A DNA stretch of 64,000 nucleotides from Promethearchaeati archaeon (GTDB taxonomy: Archaea > Asgardarchaeota > Heimdallarchaeia > Heimdallarchaeales > Heimdallarchaeaceae). Position numbers and translations under genes: made by a program. Below the pieces are notes generated by a model, which saw only the letters and a list, made by a program, of their open reading frames with translations, was not told the origin of the DNA and did not search any database. Shown here one piece after another: positions 48,999 through 58,886 of this stretch. The stretch lies in the NCBI GenBank assembly GCA_013166775.1, contig JABLTJ010000003.1, positions 96,001-160,000 of the forward strand. The letters run 5' to 3'. Each line of letters begins with the position of its first letter. The stretch's first letter is position 1.

Positions 48999-51176
48999 TT
49001 GTCAAATATCTCAGCTAAGGAAATGGAAGTAGTAGAGAGATTCATCAGAATTGGTGAATATTTCGAAGCTTTAGAGTTGATAGATATTATGATAAAATGG
49101 GAGAATCTTGATAATTTGGATCTTCTGAAAGTTAAATTGTATCAGGTAGATATTTTTTTAGATTTGGGAAGGTATAAAGAAGGTCTTCAAACAATAGAAA
49201 AAATCATAACTGACAGTCAAAAATCAGGTTTCAGGGAAATAGAACTATCAGCTTTACTAATACAATCAAAACTCCTAATCTATACTGGAAGATTCAAAGA
49301 ATCTCTAGATATTCTCCTTAAAATAGAGCTCAAATTTGATACTAATCTTAAAAGCAAAACAACTTTTTCTAAAACTCTCAAAGTGAGATTCTTAAGACTA
49401 AAAGGAATATGTTGCAGAGCAACAGGAGATAATGAATCAGCTGAATCCTCCATGATTGAAAGTCTAAGAATTGCTGAAGAATTAAAGAACGAATTAGAAG
49501 TTTCAAAAACGCTTGACAGACTAGCAATGCTGCTTCACCCAAAGGATACTAAAGAAGCGCTAAAATTATTAAAAAGAAGTTTACTCATTAGAAAGGAAAT
49601 CGGAAATAAATATTTCCTAGGTCAAACTATGAACAGATTAGGTATAGTTTATCTTAGAAAAGGAATGCTAGATGAATCATTAGCATATTATATTCGGGGT
49701 TTGGAGTATACGAAATCGTATGAAAATAAAGATTTTCAAGCGATTATCAATATGAATATAGGAACTATCTATAAGAATCAAGGAAAATTAAACAAATCAT
49801 TAGAAAATTATATCAAGAGTCTTAATCTTTCAAGAGAAGTAGATAACAAAAATATGATATCAGCTTCACTCTACAATATCTCAGCAATATATCGTCAAAG
49901 AGGGGAATTAAACAGAGCTTTAAAGTATCAAGAAGAATGTTTAGTTGAATTTAAGCACCTAAATTATCCCAATGGAATATCTGCTTCATTACACAATATA
50001 GGGATTATCAATTATCACAAAGGAAATCTTGAGAAAGCAGATAGTTTTTTCAAAAGGAGCTTAAGTATTAGAGAAGAAGCAAAGAATCATGTGGGTACAG
50101 CTGCTTCAGCTTTTTATTTGATTCAAATATCCTTAGATAAAGGATTACTAGATGACACAAAACATTATCTAAGAAAATTAGAGTTTATTAAAAATAAAAT
50201 CGAGCATAAGCTTGTGAGTCAACAGTATTCTATAGCTGAAGCATTATTACTGAAGGATAGTGCTAGAATTCCAAAGAAAGCGAAAGCAGAAGAACTTCTA
50301 AGGAATGTAATTAAGGACGATATCATAGATCATGAGATAACAACACTAGCATATCTCCTTTTAAGTGATCTCCTTCTTGAAGAACTAAAGTTAACTGGAG
50401 AAAATGAAGTTTTAGAAGAAATAAAAACTTTAACAGACCAGCTTTTCGAGGTGTCGAAAAATCAACAATCATCATCTTTAATGGCGGAAACTTTGTGGCT
50501 TAAATCTCAACTCTTCCTTATCAGTATGGAAATGAATGAAGCAAAACATCTTTTGACTCAAGCACAACTAATAGCTGAAGAAAAGGATTTGAAAAGATTA
50601 GCTTTGAAGATTTCAACTGAATATGATAAACTTATCAATCAAATGAATAAATGGCAAACATTAATGAAACAAGATGTTCCATTAACAGAAAGAATAGCAA
50701 TAGCTGATATCGATAACCTTCTAATTAGAATGATAAAAAGAGAAGAGATCACTCTTCTTGAACATGAAATTGAAGATCCAGTCTTTTTAGTGATTCTCAA
50801 TAAAGATGGGCAAACATTATTTACTCATAGATTCTCAACTCTTTCAAAACTAGATGGAGCTCTTATTGGAGGTTTTATTGCAGCAATCAATTCTTTTGCT
50901 TCAGAGATACTTAAAGCTCCTGGAAACATAGAAAGGATAAAATATCAAGAGTACAATCTAATAATCAAAGCTCATGAAAAAATGCTTTTCACCTATGTTT
51001 ACAAAGGACAATCTTATTCTTCTTTGAATAAACTAAATAATTTTGTAGAAATCATTAAAACTACTAAATTAGTTTGGGAAGCATTAAATGAAGCAGTTGA
51101 GAGACCATCTACTCTAAATGAAATTATAGAAACCACTTTAATTAAAAAAGCTGATCAGATATTCGTGACAAATTAG
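48999..51176 (+). CDS. Tetratricopeptide repeat protein with a C-terminal longin-like domain
   Basis: Repeated NxG.iY...G....AL.Y....L units; C-terminal FLVILNKDGQTLFTHRF...LIGGFIAAINSFASE...IERIKYQEY. Confidence 0.85.
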   Translation: MSNISAKEMEVVERFIRIGEYFEALELIDIMIKWENLDNLDLLKVKLYQVDIFLDLGRYKEGLQTIEKIITDSQKSGFREIELSALLIQSKLLIYTGRFKESLDILLKIELKFDTNLKSKTTFSKTLKVRFLRLKGICCRATGDNESAESSMIESLRIAEELKNELEVSKTLDRLAMLLHPKDTKEALKLLKRSLLIRKEIGNKYFLGQTMNRLGIVYLRKGMLDESLAYYIRGLEYTKSYENKDFQAIINMNIGTIYKNQGKLNKSLENYIKSLNLSREVDNKNMISASLYNISAIYRQRGELNRALKYQEECLVEFKHLNYPNGISASLHNIGIINYHKGNLEKADSFFKRSLSIREEAKNHVGTAASAFYLIQISLDKGLLDDTKHYLRKLEFIKNKIEHKLVSQQYSIAEALLLKDSARIPKKAKAEELLRNVIKDDIIDHEITTLAYLLLSDLLLEELKLTGENEVLEEIKTLTDQLFEVSKNQQSSSLMAETLWLKSQLFLISMEMNEAKHLLTQAQLIAEEKDLKRLALKISTEYDKLINQMNKWQTLMKQDVPLTERIAIADIDNLLIRMIKREEITLLEHEIEDPVFLVILNKDGQTLFTHRFSTLSKLDGALIGGFIAAINSFASEILKAPGNIERIKYQEYNLIIKAHEKMLFTYVYKGQSYSSLNKLNNFVEIIKTTKLVWEALNEAVERPSTLNEIIETTLIKKADQIFVTN

Positions 51177-51189
51177 TAGTTAACTAATT

Positions 51190-52284
51190 CTATCTCCATT
51201 CTACATAAACAGATTCTATCTTTTCTGGTAGATCAATGTTTTTCAGATTGAATATATCTAAGGATAATCTTTTTGGGAAAAAGATGAATTTAGCTTTCTT
51301 GAGAGGTTTAGAATCGAAATAAGGAATGTAAGGCGTTTGAATACCTGCCCAACCGATTTTTTTAGCTTCGAAGCACAATCCTTTTGCTAAGTCAGATGCT
51401 TCTTTTGAAGACAATCTGTGTATATGTACAGCATCTAACCAACCAAATGGAGTTTGGTTACCAAAACCTGCTAGGACGAATTCCCAAGCAAAAATAAAAC
51501 CATTTATTTTACCAATATCATTTTCATGTACAACACAAACTACATTCGGATTATTTAGCATCCACTTGAGATCCTCATAATTAGGAACAATCGAAATTTG
51601 GTTTCTTTCAGCGAAATCTCCAATGAGCTCGAATATTTGGTCAATATCGTTTTTCTGATATCTTCTGACAGATGAACTTTTCGATTCTCTTACTTCTTGT
51701 AATAATTTGAAAACTAGCTTTTCGTACCACTTTAATTTTACAACGGAAGCTGCTATTTTTGCATCAAAAATTCTAATAACATACTTAGTAAGATAAAAAG
51801 CTCTTCTCATTGGAATATTGGTCTCTCTTGCAACAGCTTCTGCTGTATCAATCCCTCTTTGTTCTGGTTCAAAAAGAGCGAAACCACAATCATAACCTGC
51901 TGCTAGTCCCATTTCCAGCATTTTCTTTCCCATTGATTTTGCTAGACCTTGTCTCTGATGATCAGAACGAACAGAAATCCAGGAAGGAATTGCTGATTTA
52001 TACACTTTTTCGTTTACAGCTAGTTTTCGAGGAATCAAACCAAAAAAACCAACTAATTCATTTGTTGGTTTATGTATTACTCTAATAAAGAAGTCTTTAT
52101 CGATAGAAGGACCTCCAAAAATTGTTTTAAAAGTCTGTTCTGTGAAAATAATACTAGCTCCAACTAGCTGTGCATCTGCATCAGCAAGAAAAGCTGTAGT
52201 AATCAGTTTTGAATATTCTTCAATATTGCTCTCGTCTAGGGTAAATTGCTCAATACTGTATTCCGATTCTTCTTTCTTATTCAT
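51190..52284 (-). CDS. Tandem-GNAT acyltransferase resembling glycylpeptide N-myristoyltransferase
   Basis: ELVGFFGLIP, SVRSDHQRQGLA (acyl-CoA binding), second GNAT half VRRYQKNDID...HENDIGKINGF...EAKKIGW...KKAKF. Confidence 0.75.
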   Translation of the reverse strand: MNKKEESEYSIEQFTLDESNIEEYSKLITTAFLADADAQLVGASIIFTEQTFKTIFGGPSIDKDFFIRVIHKPTNELVGFFGLIPRKLAVNEKVYKSAIPSWISVRSDHQRQGLAKSMGKKMLEMGLAAGYDCGFALFEPEQRGIDTAEAVARETNIPMRRAFYLTKYVIRIFDAKIAASVVKLKWYEKLVFKLLQEVRESKSSSVRRYQKNDIDQIFELIGDFAERNQISIVPNYEDLKWMLNNPNVVCVVHENDIGKINGFIFAWEFVLAGFGNQTPFGWLDAVHIHRLSSKEASDLAKGLCFEAKKIGWAGIQTPYIPYFDSKPLKKAKFIFFPKRLSLDIFNLKNIDLPEKIESVYVEWR

Positions 52285-52431
52285 ATAATCACTTGAAATT
52301 ACTATTTATGATGATTTGCAGATTCGTTTCTTTAATTGCTGTTTTATATAAATCTTACTTGAATTTATGAGAGTAGGGAAACATGAAATTTTGAAATTAG
52401 TTTTTTAAACAAGTTATTCAGTTTATTTTAT

Positions 52432-54426
52432 ATGATTGATTTCAAAGATTTAGTAAGAAAGAATTATTCCATTGTAATTCTATTCACAATACTCTTCCTT
52501 TTCTTCCTACAAGCTCTCTCTGACATAGTCGAGAGAATTTATGCTTTTGCTTTACTTAACCTGGAACCAGATGAGAATATTCTAGGACTTTTATTCTTCT
52601 TATCACCAGTAGTTTTGCTTTTTTTTAGAAAGAAATTCCCTGAAATAGCAATGTTAATAGTAGGAGAAATAATGATTATATCTAGACTAATTGAACCTCT
52701 TGTGACTAAGCAAGGAATCTACATCACAGCAGGATTAACAGTAGCAAGTTTTCTAATATTCCTCCCTACTTTTTATGGGAGAACAAAAGATAAGAACAAG
52801 AATATTGGCTTAGATTTGGGTATAAGTCTCGCAATTGCTGTTTCTCTCTCAATTCTTTTCAGAACAATCAACGCTTCAATAGATATCTCTCAATACAAAC
52901 TAGGGCAAATTATAGGATGGATATTAGGTTTAATTGCTTCATTCATTCTATTTGGTTACTTCCTAACAGAAAAAGAGTCAGTAATTAAAGACGAAGAGAT
53001 TGAAATAAAAGCTAGTTTCTGGAAAGTTCTAGGATTAACAATAGGAATTTTTAGTATCTTTGTGATTTTATGGTTCGTTTTCATGAGTCCGACTGTGATA
53101 ACAAGATGGACTGAAGGAGATTATATAGGAATTATAGTTGGAATTCTATCTATGATAGCAATTTCTGTAACAGTAAAACTGTGGAGACCTGATGTAATAA
53201 ATAAAATTAAAACCTGGATGTTATGGGTTTGGAACGGTTTATTCTGTTTGTCACTCACACTAACAGTATTAGTTCATCAGTTGAGATTTCCAGATGATCA
53301 TACTCTTTATCCCATAGTTGCTCCTCAAACTGCATGGTTCCATCAGATTCCCCTAGCACTGATGATTATCAGTTCACCAATAATATACCTTGATTTCCTT
53401 TATTTAACAAGAGAAATCATTACACTAAAACCATCGACTAGAAAACTAGGTGGAGCATTTTTAATAGGTGGATTGTACTTGGTAATTATGCTCTTTTTCC
53501 AGATTCTTCCCAACATATGGGGTTACTTAGAACCTATAAGTCCAGGATTTAGGGACAAATACTGGCTAGCTTTTCTTATTCCAAGTCTTCTAGCAGGTTT
53601 GGCAATAATTCTAGTTAAAAAGGAATCTTTGAATCTTGGAAAATTAAAAAGATCATATAATTCCAAAATTATAACTGTTGTAGTAGTAGGAATGATTTTT
53701 GTGGGAACCTTGGTTGGTGCATTTATAACTGCTCCAAAACCAGACTATTCTGCTGCAGGTAAAACTTCCCTCATAATTATGACATATAATATTCAACAAG
53801 GAGTGAATGTTTCCGGAGATAGAAATTACGATGGACAATTAGAGTTAATCCAAAGCATTGATCCAGATATTATTGGTTTACAGGAATGTGATCCTACAAG
53901 AATATCAGGTGGAAATTTAGATGTTGTAAGATATTTTGCTACTAAATTAAACATGTATTCATATTACGGTCCGAAAACAGTCACCAACACGTATGGATGC
54001 GCAATTCTTTCAAAATTTCCTATATCAAATGCGGAATCATTTTTCATGTTCAGTGATGAAGAACAAATAGGTTCATCACAAGTTCAGATTACTGTAGGTA
54101 GTTCTATCTTCAATGTATTTGTAAATCATCCTTCAGGGGACGAAGACATAACCACTGTTTATCAACAGCAAGAGATTTTGAGCAGGACAATAGGTCTTTC
54201 AAACATCATTTTTATGGGTGATTTCAATTTTAGACCTTATTCACAGGAATACAATCTGACTTTAGATGCAGGATTAGAAGATTCTTGGTCTCTAAAATGG
54301 GGAATACCTGCGGATGATAGAATAGATCACATCTTTCTTAGTACAGGAAGAATAGTTCTTGGTGCACAGTATATTGAAGAAGGACAATCTGATCATCCCG
54401 CATATTGGATAGAAATGCAACTGTAG
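52432..54426 (+). CDS. Multi-TM protein with a C-terminal EEP domain, Cwh43/PGAP2IP-like
   Basis: About 13 TM, then MTYNIQQG, DIIGLQE, LNMYSYYGP...TYGCAILSKFPI, MGDFN, IDHIF, SDHPA. Confidence 0.82.
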   Translation: MIDFKDLVRKNYSIVILFTILFLFFLQALSDIVERIYAFALLNLEPDENILGLLFFLSPVVLLFFRKKFPEIAMLIVGEIMIISRLIEPLVTKQGIYITAGLTVASFLIFLPTFYGRTKDKNKNIGLDLGISLAIAVSLSILFRTINASIDISQYKLGQIIGWILGLIASFILFGYFLTEKESVIKDEEIEIKASFWKVLGLTIGIFSIFVILWFVFMSPTVITRWTEGDYIGIIVGILSMIAISVTVKLWRPDVINKIKTWMLWVWNGLFCLSLTLTVLVHQLRFPDDHTLYPIVAPQTAWFHQIPLALMIISSPIIYLDFLYLTREIITLKPSTRKLGGAFLIGGLYLVIMLFFQILPNIWGYLEPISPGFRDKYWLAFLIPSLLAGLAIILVKKESLNLGKLKRSYNSKIITVVVVGMIFVGTLVGAFITAPKPDYSAAGKTSLIIMTYNIQQGVNVSGDRNYDGQLELIQSIDPDIIGLQECDPTRISGGNLDVVRYFATKLNMYSYYGPKTVTNTYGCAILSKFPISNAESFFMFSDEEQIGSSQVQITVGSSIFNVFVNHPSGDEDITTVYQQQEILSRTIGLSNIIFMGDFNFRPYSQEYNLTLDAGLEDSWSLKWGIPADDRIDHIFLSTGRIVLGAQYIEEGQSDHPAYWIEMQL

Positions 54427-54530
54427 GTCTAATCACCTACTTTCTTCTTATTTTTTGTTAGCAAAATTTGTGCTTAATCCTTTTAAGTGTCTAAGGATTA
54501 TTTCTGCTGTAAATTTGAGGAAGAGATAAT

Positions 54531-55031
54531 GTGGATTTTATAATTCGAACTATGAAGAAGAACGACTCTTCAGATAAGGAGTTTTTTGACTATACGAATT
54601 TCGAATCTTATAAAACAACGTTAAAGGATTCAGAAAAATACTCAGAAGAAGAGTTACATAAGAAATTTCAGCAATTTGAAGAAGATGATCCATTAGATAT
54701 CAATGAATCAAAACACTCTGTTTTCATTTTGGAAACATATAATGGAATAAAAGTAGGTTTAATTTGGATAACTAATCGAGAACCATTTTGGAGATTCAAC
54801 GATCAACTTGCATGGATTTACAATTTACATACTATTCCTGAGTTCAGAAAACAAGGATTAGCGAGGTTATTAATGATTAGAGCAGAAGAATGGGCAGTTG
54901 ATCAAAATTTGAATTCAATTGCATTGCATGTGTTGAATGATAATACATTTGCAAGAAATTTGTATGAATCTTTGGGATATGAGTTAGTGGTAACTCACAA
55001 TACAAGTTGTTTTTATGAGAAAAAAGTGTAA
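54531..55031 (+). CDS. GNAT family N-acetyltransferase
   Basis: PEFRKQGLAR, LHV..DN..ARNLYESLGY. Confidence 0.9.
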   Translation: MDFIIRTMKKNDSSDKEFFDYTNFESYKTTLKDSEKYSEEELHKKFQQFEEDDPLDINESKHSVFILETYNGIKVGLIWITNREPFWRFNDQLAWIYNLHTIPEFRKQGLARLLMIRAEEWAVDQNLNSIALHVLNDNTFARNLYESLGYELVVTHNTSCFYEKKV

Positions 55032-55102
55032 ATACATTGAAATGATTTAGTTTAATCAAAGCAATCAATAATTCTTTTAAATTCTATTTAACAATGTAAC
55101 AT

Positions 55103-55882
55103 ATGTCGTTTGATCGTGATATAATTTTGAAACATAGAAGAGTCCTAAGAGCTTTTGATGAGGATATTGAGAAATTTCCAAAAGGATTCCAAACAGATCA
55201 AGAGAAAAAAATCCCCAATCCACCTCTGCAGAAACCTTACCCAAAAGATGCGAAAATCTTAGATTTAGTAGAAATCGATGATATTAAATGTGGTAAAGAA
55301 ATTCCATTATTCTTTACTTTGGAAATGAGAAGAAGTCATAGAACCTTTACTGATACTCCTTTAACATTTGAAGAGTTTTCATTTCTTCTGTGGTCAACTC
55401 AAGGAGTACATGAAGTTACCAAACATCATGGTGCAGGAACAAAGAGGGTTGTACCAAGTGGTGGTGCTAGACATCCATATGAAACATATTTAATCGTCAA
55501 ACATGTAAAAGGACTAAATCCGGGCTTATATAGATATCTTGCAACTGAGCACAAATTACTCCATCTAAAGAATATAGGTGAGAATGAGCAAGAATTAATT
55601 GAAGAAATAGCAAATCAAAAATTTATCCCAAAAGGAGCTGTGATTTTCGTGTGGGCTACAATTCCTTATAGAATGGAGTGGAGATACTCTATCATGTCTA
55701 ATAAGGTGATTGCAATTGAAGCAGGACACATATGTCAGAATTTGTATTTAGCTTGTGAAGCATTGGGATTAGGAACATGTGCAATTGGAGCTTACAATCA
55801 AGAAATAGTTGATACTCTGTTTGATTTAGATGGAGAAGATGAATTTACAGTCTACTTAGCACCAGTAGGAAAACTGAACTAA
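55103..55882 (+). CDS. SagB/ThcOx-family nitroreductase-like dehydrogenase (paralog of 16021-17070)
   Basis: RRSHR, FLLWSTQG, RVVPSGGARHPYETY, EAGHICQNLYL. Confidence 0.88.
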   Translation: MSFDRDIILKHRRVLRAFDEDIEKFPKGFQTDQEKKIPNPPLQKPYPKDAKILDLVEIDDIKCGKEIPLFFTLEMRRSHRTFTDTPLTFEEFSFLLWSTQGVHEVTKHHGAGTKRVVPSGGARHPYETYLIVKHVKGLNPGLYRYLATEHKLLHLKNIGENEQELIEEIANQKFIPKGAVIFVWATIPYRMEWRYSIMSNKVIAIEAGHICQNLYLACEALGLGTCAIGAYNQEIVDTLFDLDGEDEFTVYLAPVGKLN

Positions 55883-55896
55883 ACCTGAAATTTATT

Positions 55897-56481
55897 CTAG
55901 TTGTATGCTTCCTTGTTTTCTTCCCACCATTCTATCCAATCTTTTCTAAGTTTATCTCTATTGTTTTTTGAAACTCCACCAACAAAACTCCAGAAAGGAT
56001 CATCAAAGATTCGACGCAAAAGAACAATTTGTCCAGTATGCCCCATAAAATGCAAAGTGATTCGTTGCATCATGTGCTTCAAATTTTCATTATTGTCTGG
56101 GATTTTAATTCTGTGAAAATCTTCATCAGTTAGAATTTTGAGTTTTCCAAAGAATTCTTCAGAGATAGATAAATAAATATCGATCAAATCATTAAAAGAA
56201 AATGGAAATTGTTCTATTTCGTCTTTTGAAACTCCATAAGCGTGATACTTCCGTTGTTTATCTGTTAGCTTTCTTTCTTTACTAAACACTGAAAGATATA
56301 AATCCATATGAGATATACAATGACCAATTATCCAAGCAATATGATTAACATCATCATGAAATTGTTGAGTAACTATCTCGGATTTGATTCCTTTGAAAGA
56401 TTGAAGAAAATTGATTTCAGCAATCTCAAATGTTTCAATTAACACTTCTTTTGAGCTCAATATTTTATTTGCTGCTACCAT
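55897..56481 (-). CDS. DinB/YfiT family protein
   Basis: NHIAWIIGH and H...H.GQI metal-ligand pattern. Confidence 0.82.
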   Translation of the reverse strand: MVAANKILSSKEVLIETFEIAEINFLQSFKGIKSEIVTQQFHDDVNHIAWIIGHCISHMDLYLSVFSKERKLTDKQRKYHAYGVSKDEIEQFPFSFNDLIDIYLSISEEFFGKLKILTDEDFHRIKIPDNNENLKHMMQRITLHFMGHTGQIVLLRRIFDDPFWSFVGGVSKNNRDKLRKDWIEWWEENKEAYN

Positions 56482-56605
56482 AGTAAATCGACCTTAAGAT
56501 TAAGCTGTTCAGGGAATTAAAAACATTATGCGATTCTGAAACAGTCTATTACTACGTAACACTTATTTAATCTGATACTTTATCAATTAGTTAGAATAAT
56601 GATAA

Positions 56606-57571
56606 GTGGTTTCAATGAATAAGAGAAATATTTGTATTATAAGCACCAGTATTCTATTTCTGCTAGTACTGGTTAACATTCCTGCATTAAATGCTGTAAC
56701 CTATGAAAGAGGTTGGAAAGTTGGTACTGCAATGGAGTACTCTTGGGAAGGTATAGAACGGGATTCTGTTGAAGCAACTAATGACACGACTTATGTGATT
56801 TATGAATTCAAGATGCAAGCCCTGGTGAGAATAAATATTACAGAGATAGATGAATTAAACAAAGAGGTTACAGAAGTCCAAACTGTAGTTGGAGGTTATT
56901 CAGGTGAATCTGTTAAGGATTTCGACGCAGATTATATAAGCAATGAGTTAGCTAGCAGTCTATTTGATTTCTACTATTACTGGGATTATAACTTCAATCG
57001 AGCAATATTAACATCTTTTAGTATTGGTTTGTATGGCTTTTTACCCAACTTTCTGGAACCGGATTGGACAACATTCAATGAAAATTTCGTTACAATTATA
57101 GATGAAAATCAAACAATCGCAGCAATTGATACAGGTTATGAGATTCAATATATCTATCTAAGTGACTTTCTAGAAAAAGTCTCATTTCTCATAAATGGAA
57201 AAGAAAATCTTATTGAAGCTAAGAATTCTTTTACTTCAGATACTTCAAAATGGATTTTTGTGTTCGAAGTATCAGAATATATCTTAGACCGTGATTACAA
57301 TTATGATGAAGATATTTATGAGTATTTTGAATATGATAAGTATGAAGTGAAATTTGAACTGGAATATACTAAAGGTGGTATACTAACTGAAATGAGAATT
57401 AGTAGTTATTCTTCAATCACAAAGGATAATGTAAAACATATTTATGAAGAATATTATTCGTTTGTAGAAGGGGACAAAGGAACATCTTCGATAAGTTACA
57501 ATTTGCTTTCAGCACTTGTTGTGTTAGTCTTACTACCTGTACTATTACATTTCAAACGAAAAAAGAACTGA
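56606..57571 (+). CDS. Secreted/surface protein with a C-terminal TM + basic tail
   Basis: Signal peptide; acidic/aromatic body; ends SYNLLSALVVLVLLPVLLHFKRKKN. Confidence 0.8.
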   Translation: MVSMNKRNICIISTSILFLLVLVNIPALNAVTYERGWKVGTAMEYSWEGIERDSVEATNDTTYVIYEFKMQALVRINITEIDELNKEVTEVQTVVGGYSGESVKDFDADYISNELASSLFDFYYYWDYNFNRAILTSFSIGLYGFLPNFLEPDWTTFNENFVTIIDENQTIAAIDTGYEIQYIYLSDFLEKVSFLINGKENLIEAKNSFTSDTSKWIFVFEVSEYILDRDYNYDEDIYEYFEYDKYEVKFELEYTKGGILTEMRISSYSSITKDNVKHIYEEYYSFVEGDKGTSSISYNLLSALVVLVLLPVLLHFKRKKN

Positions 57572-57590
57572 GATGATAGAATTTCCTCTT

Positions 57591-58760
57591 CTACTTCTCT
57601 TTTTCGAATTCTTCTTTTGCTTTTGCTAGAAGCTCTGGTTTTGTAAAAACATCCAATGCAGTCATTGCAAGAGCTTTCGCAGCTACTACCATCCTATTCT
57701 GACCAAATTCAGATATTGATGCGGCTGTAAAATCCTTTGAATGACCATTGATTTCAGTTTCACTTATACCAATGTAAGGGTGAATTGTTGGAACTTCATG
57801 ACTTACATTACCAATATCACTTGATCCTAAACCGCTTCCTGGAGGAATTGGTCGTATTGGAATCTCTAGCGTTTTTAGATTTTCAAGAAAAGCTTCACCA
57901 AGGGTTCGATTGACATTTCTTGATCTATATGAGTGCCCCATTCTTTCAAATTTAAGTTTCGCACCTGTACTCAGAGCTGCACCTTTAGCACATTTTTCCA
58001 CCTTGTTTACGAGTTCTTGACAATAATTATCATCCAAAGCTCTCACATAGAATGAAGCTGATGCATAATCTGGGACTATGTTTGGTTTAACTCCTCCATG
58101 ACTTATAATCCCATGAATTCTTGCATCACTAGGGATATGTTGTCTAAGAGCACTTATAGAGTTGAAGGTTTGAATAACTGCATCCAATGCATTGATGCCT
58201 TTTTCTGGTTGAGAAGAAGCATGAGCTGATTTACCAAAAAATTCCATTTTAACCTCTACTATCGCAAGTCCACCTCTCCCAACCATATTGTAAATTGAAG
58301 AAGGATGAAACATCATCGCAGCGTCTACATTCTTAAAGAGACCTGCATTAATCATATAGATTTTTCCTCCTCCTCCTTCTTCAGCAGGTGTTCCCATAAA
58401 GATAAGTTTACCAGGAATCTCAGATTTTAGTGATCCGATAGCTAAACTCGCTCCAAGTGCAGCGGTAGCAATCAAATTATGACCACAAGCATGGCCTATT
58501 TCAGGGAGAGCGTCATATTCTGCTAGAATAGCTACAACAGGACCTTCACTCTCTTTAGGATGTACAGCAAGAATAGCAGTATCCAAATCCGCAACACCTA
58601 ATTCGACCTTAAATTCAGCTTTTTTGAGCTCATCAGCTAACAGTTTGGATGCTTTAAACTCTTCGAAACCTAATTCAGGATTTTCATGTATCTCTTTACT
58701 GATTCTAAAAAGGTAATCTTTATTCTCATCTATAAAAGAACAAACTTTATCTTTTGACAT
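57591..58760 (-). CDS. M20D amidohydrolase (AbgB/PM20D2-like)
   Basis: HENPELGFEE, AEYDALP..GHACGHN, GTPAEEGGGGK, GSSDIGNVS. Confidence 0.92.
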   Translation of the reverse strand: MSKDKVCSFIDENKDYLFRISKEIHENPELGFEEFKASKLLADELKKAEFKVELGVADLDTAILAVHPKESEGPVVAILAEYDALPEIGHACGHNLIATAALGASLAIGSLKSEIPGKLIFMGTPAEEGGGGKIYMINAGLFKNVDAAMMFHPSSIYNMVGRGGLAIVEVKMEFFGKSAHASSQPEKGINALDAVIQTFNSISALRQHIPSDARIHGIISHGGVKPNIVPDYASASFYVRALDDNYCQELVNKVEKCAKGAALSTGAKLKFERMGHSYRSRNVNRTLGEAFLENLKTLEIPIRPIPPGSGLGSSDIGNVSHEVPTIHPYIGISETEINGHSKDFTAASISEFGQNRMVVAAKALAMTALDVFTKPELLAKAKEEFEKEK

Positions 58761-58886
58761 AAAATTTCACATCTACTGAAAAGAATAACATCCTATCTCT
58801 ATAAAACAATTTCTAAGTCTATTAAGACGAAGTGCATGTTTTTTTCTTGGAAACATTAATAACTATTCAGCTTTTCTGAATCAATA

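Noticed and set aside
16021-55882. RiPP (TOMM/thiopeptide) cluster suggested by SagB genes and a nearby ABC exporter
   Set aside because: No YcaO, no Cys/Ser/Thr-rich precursor, and the two SagB genes are about 38 kb apart
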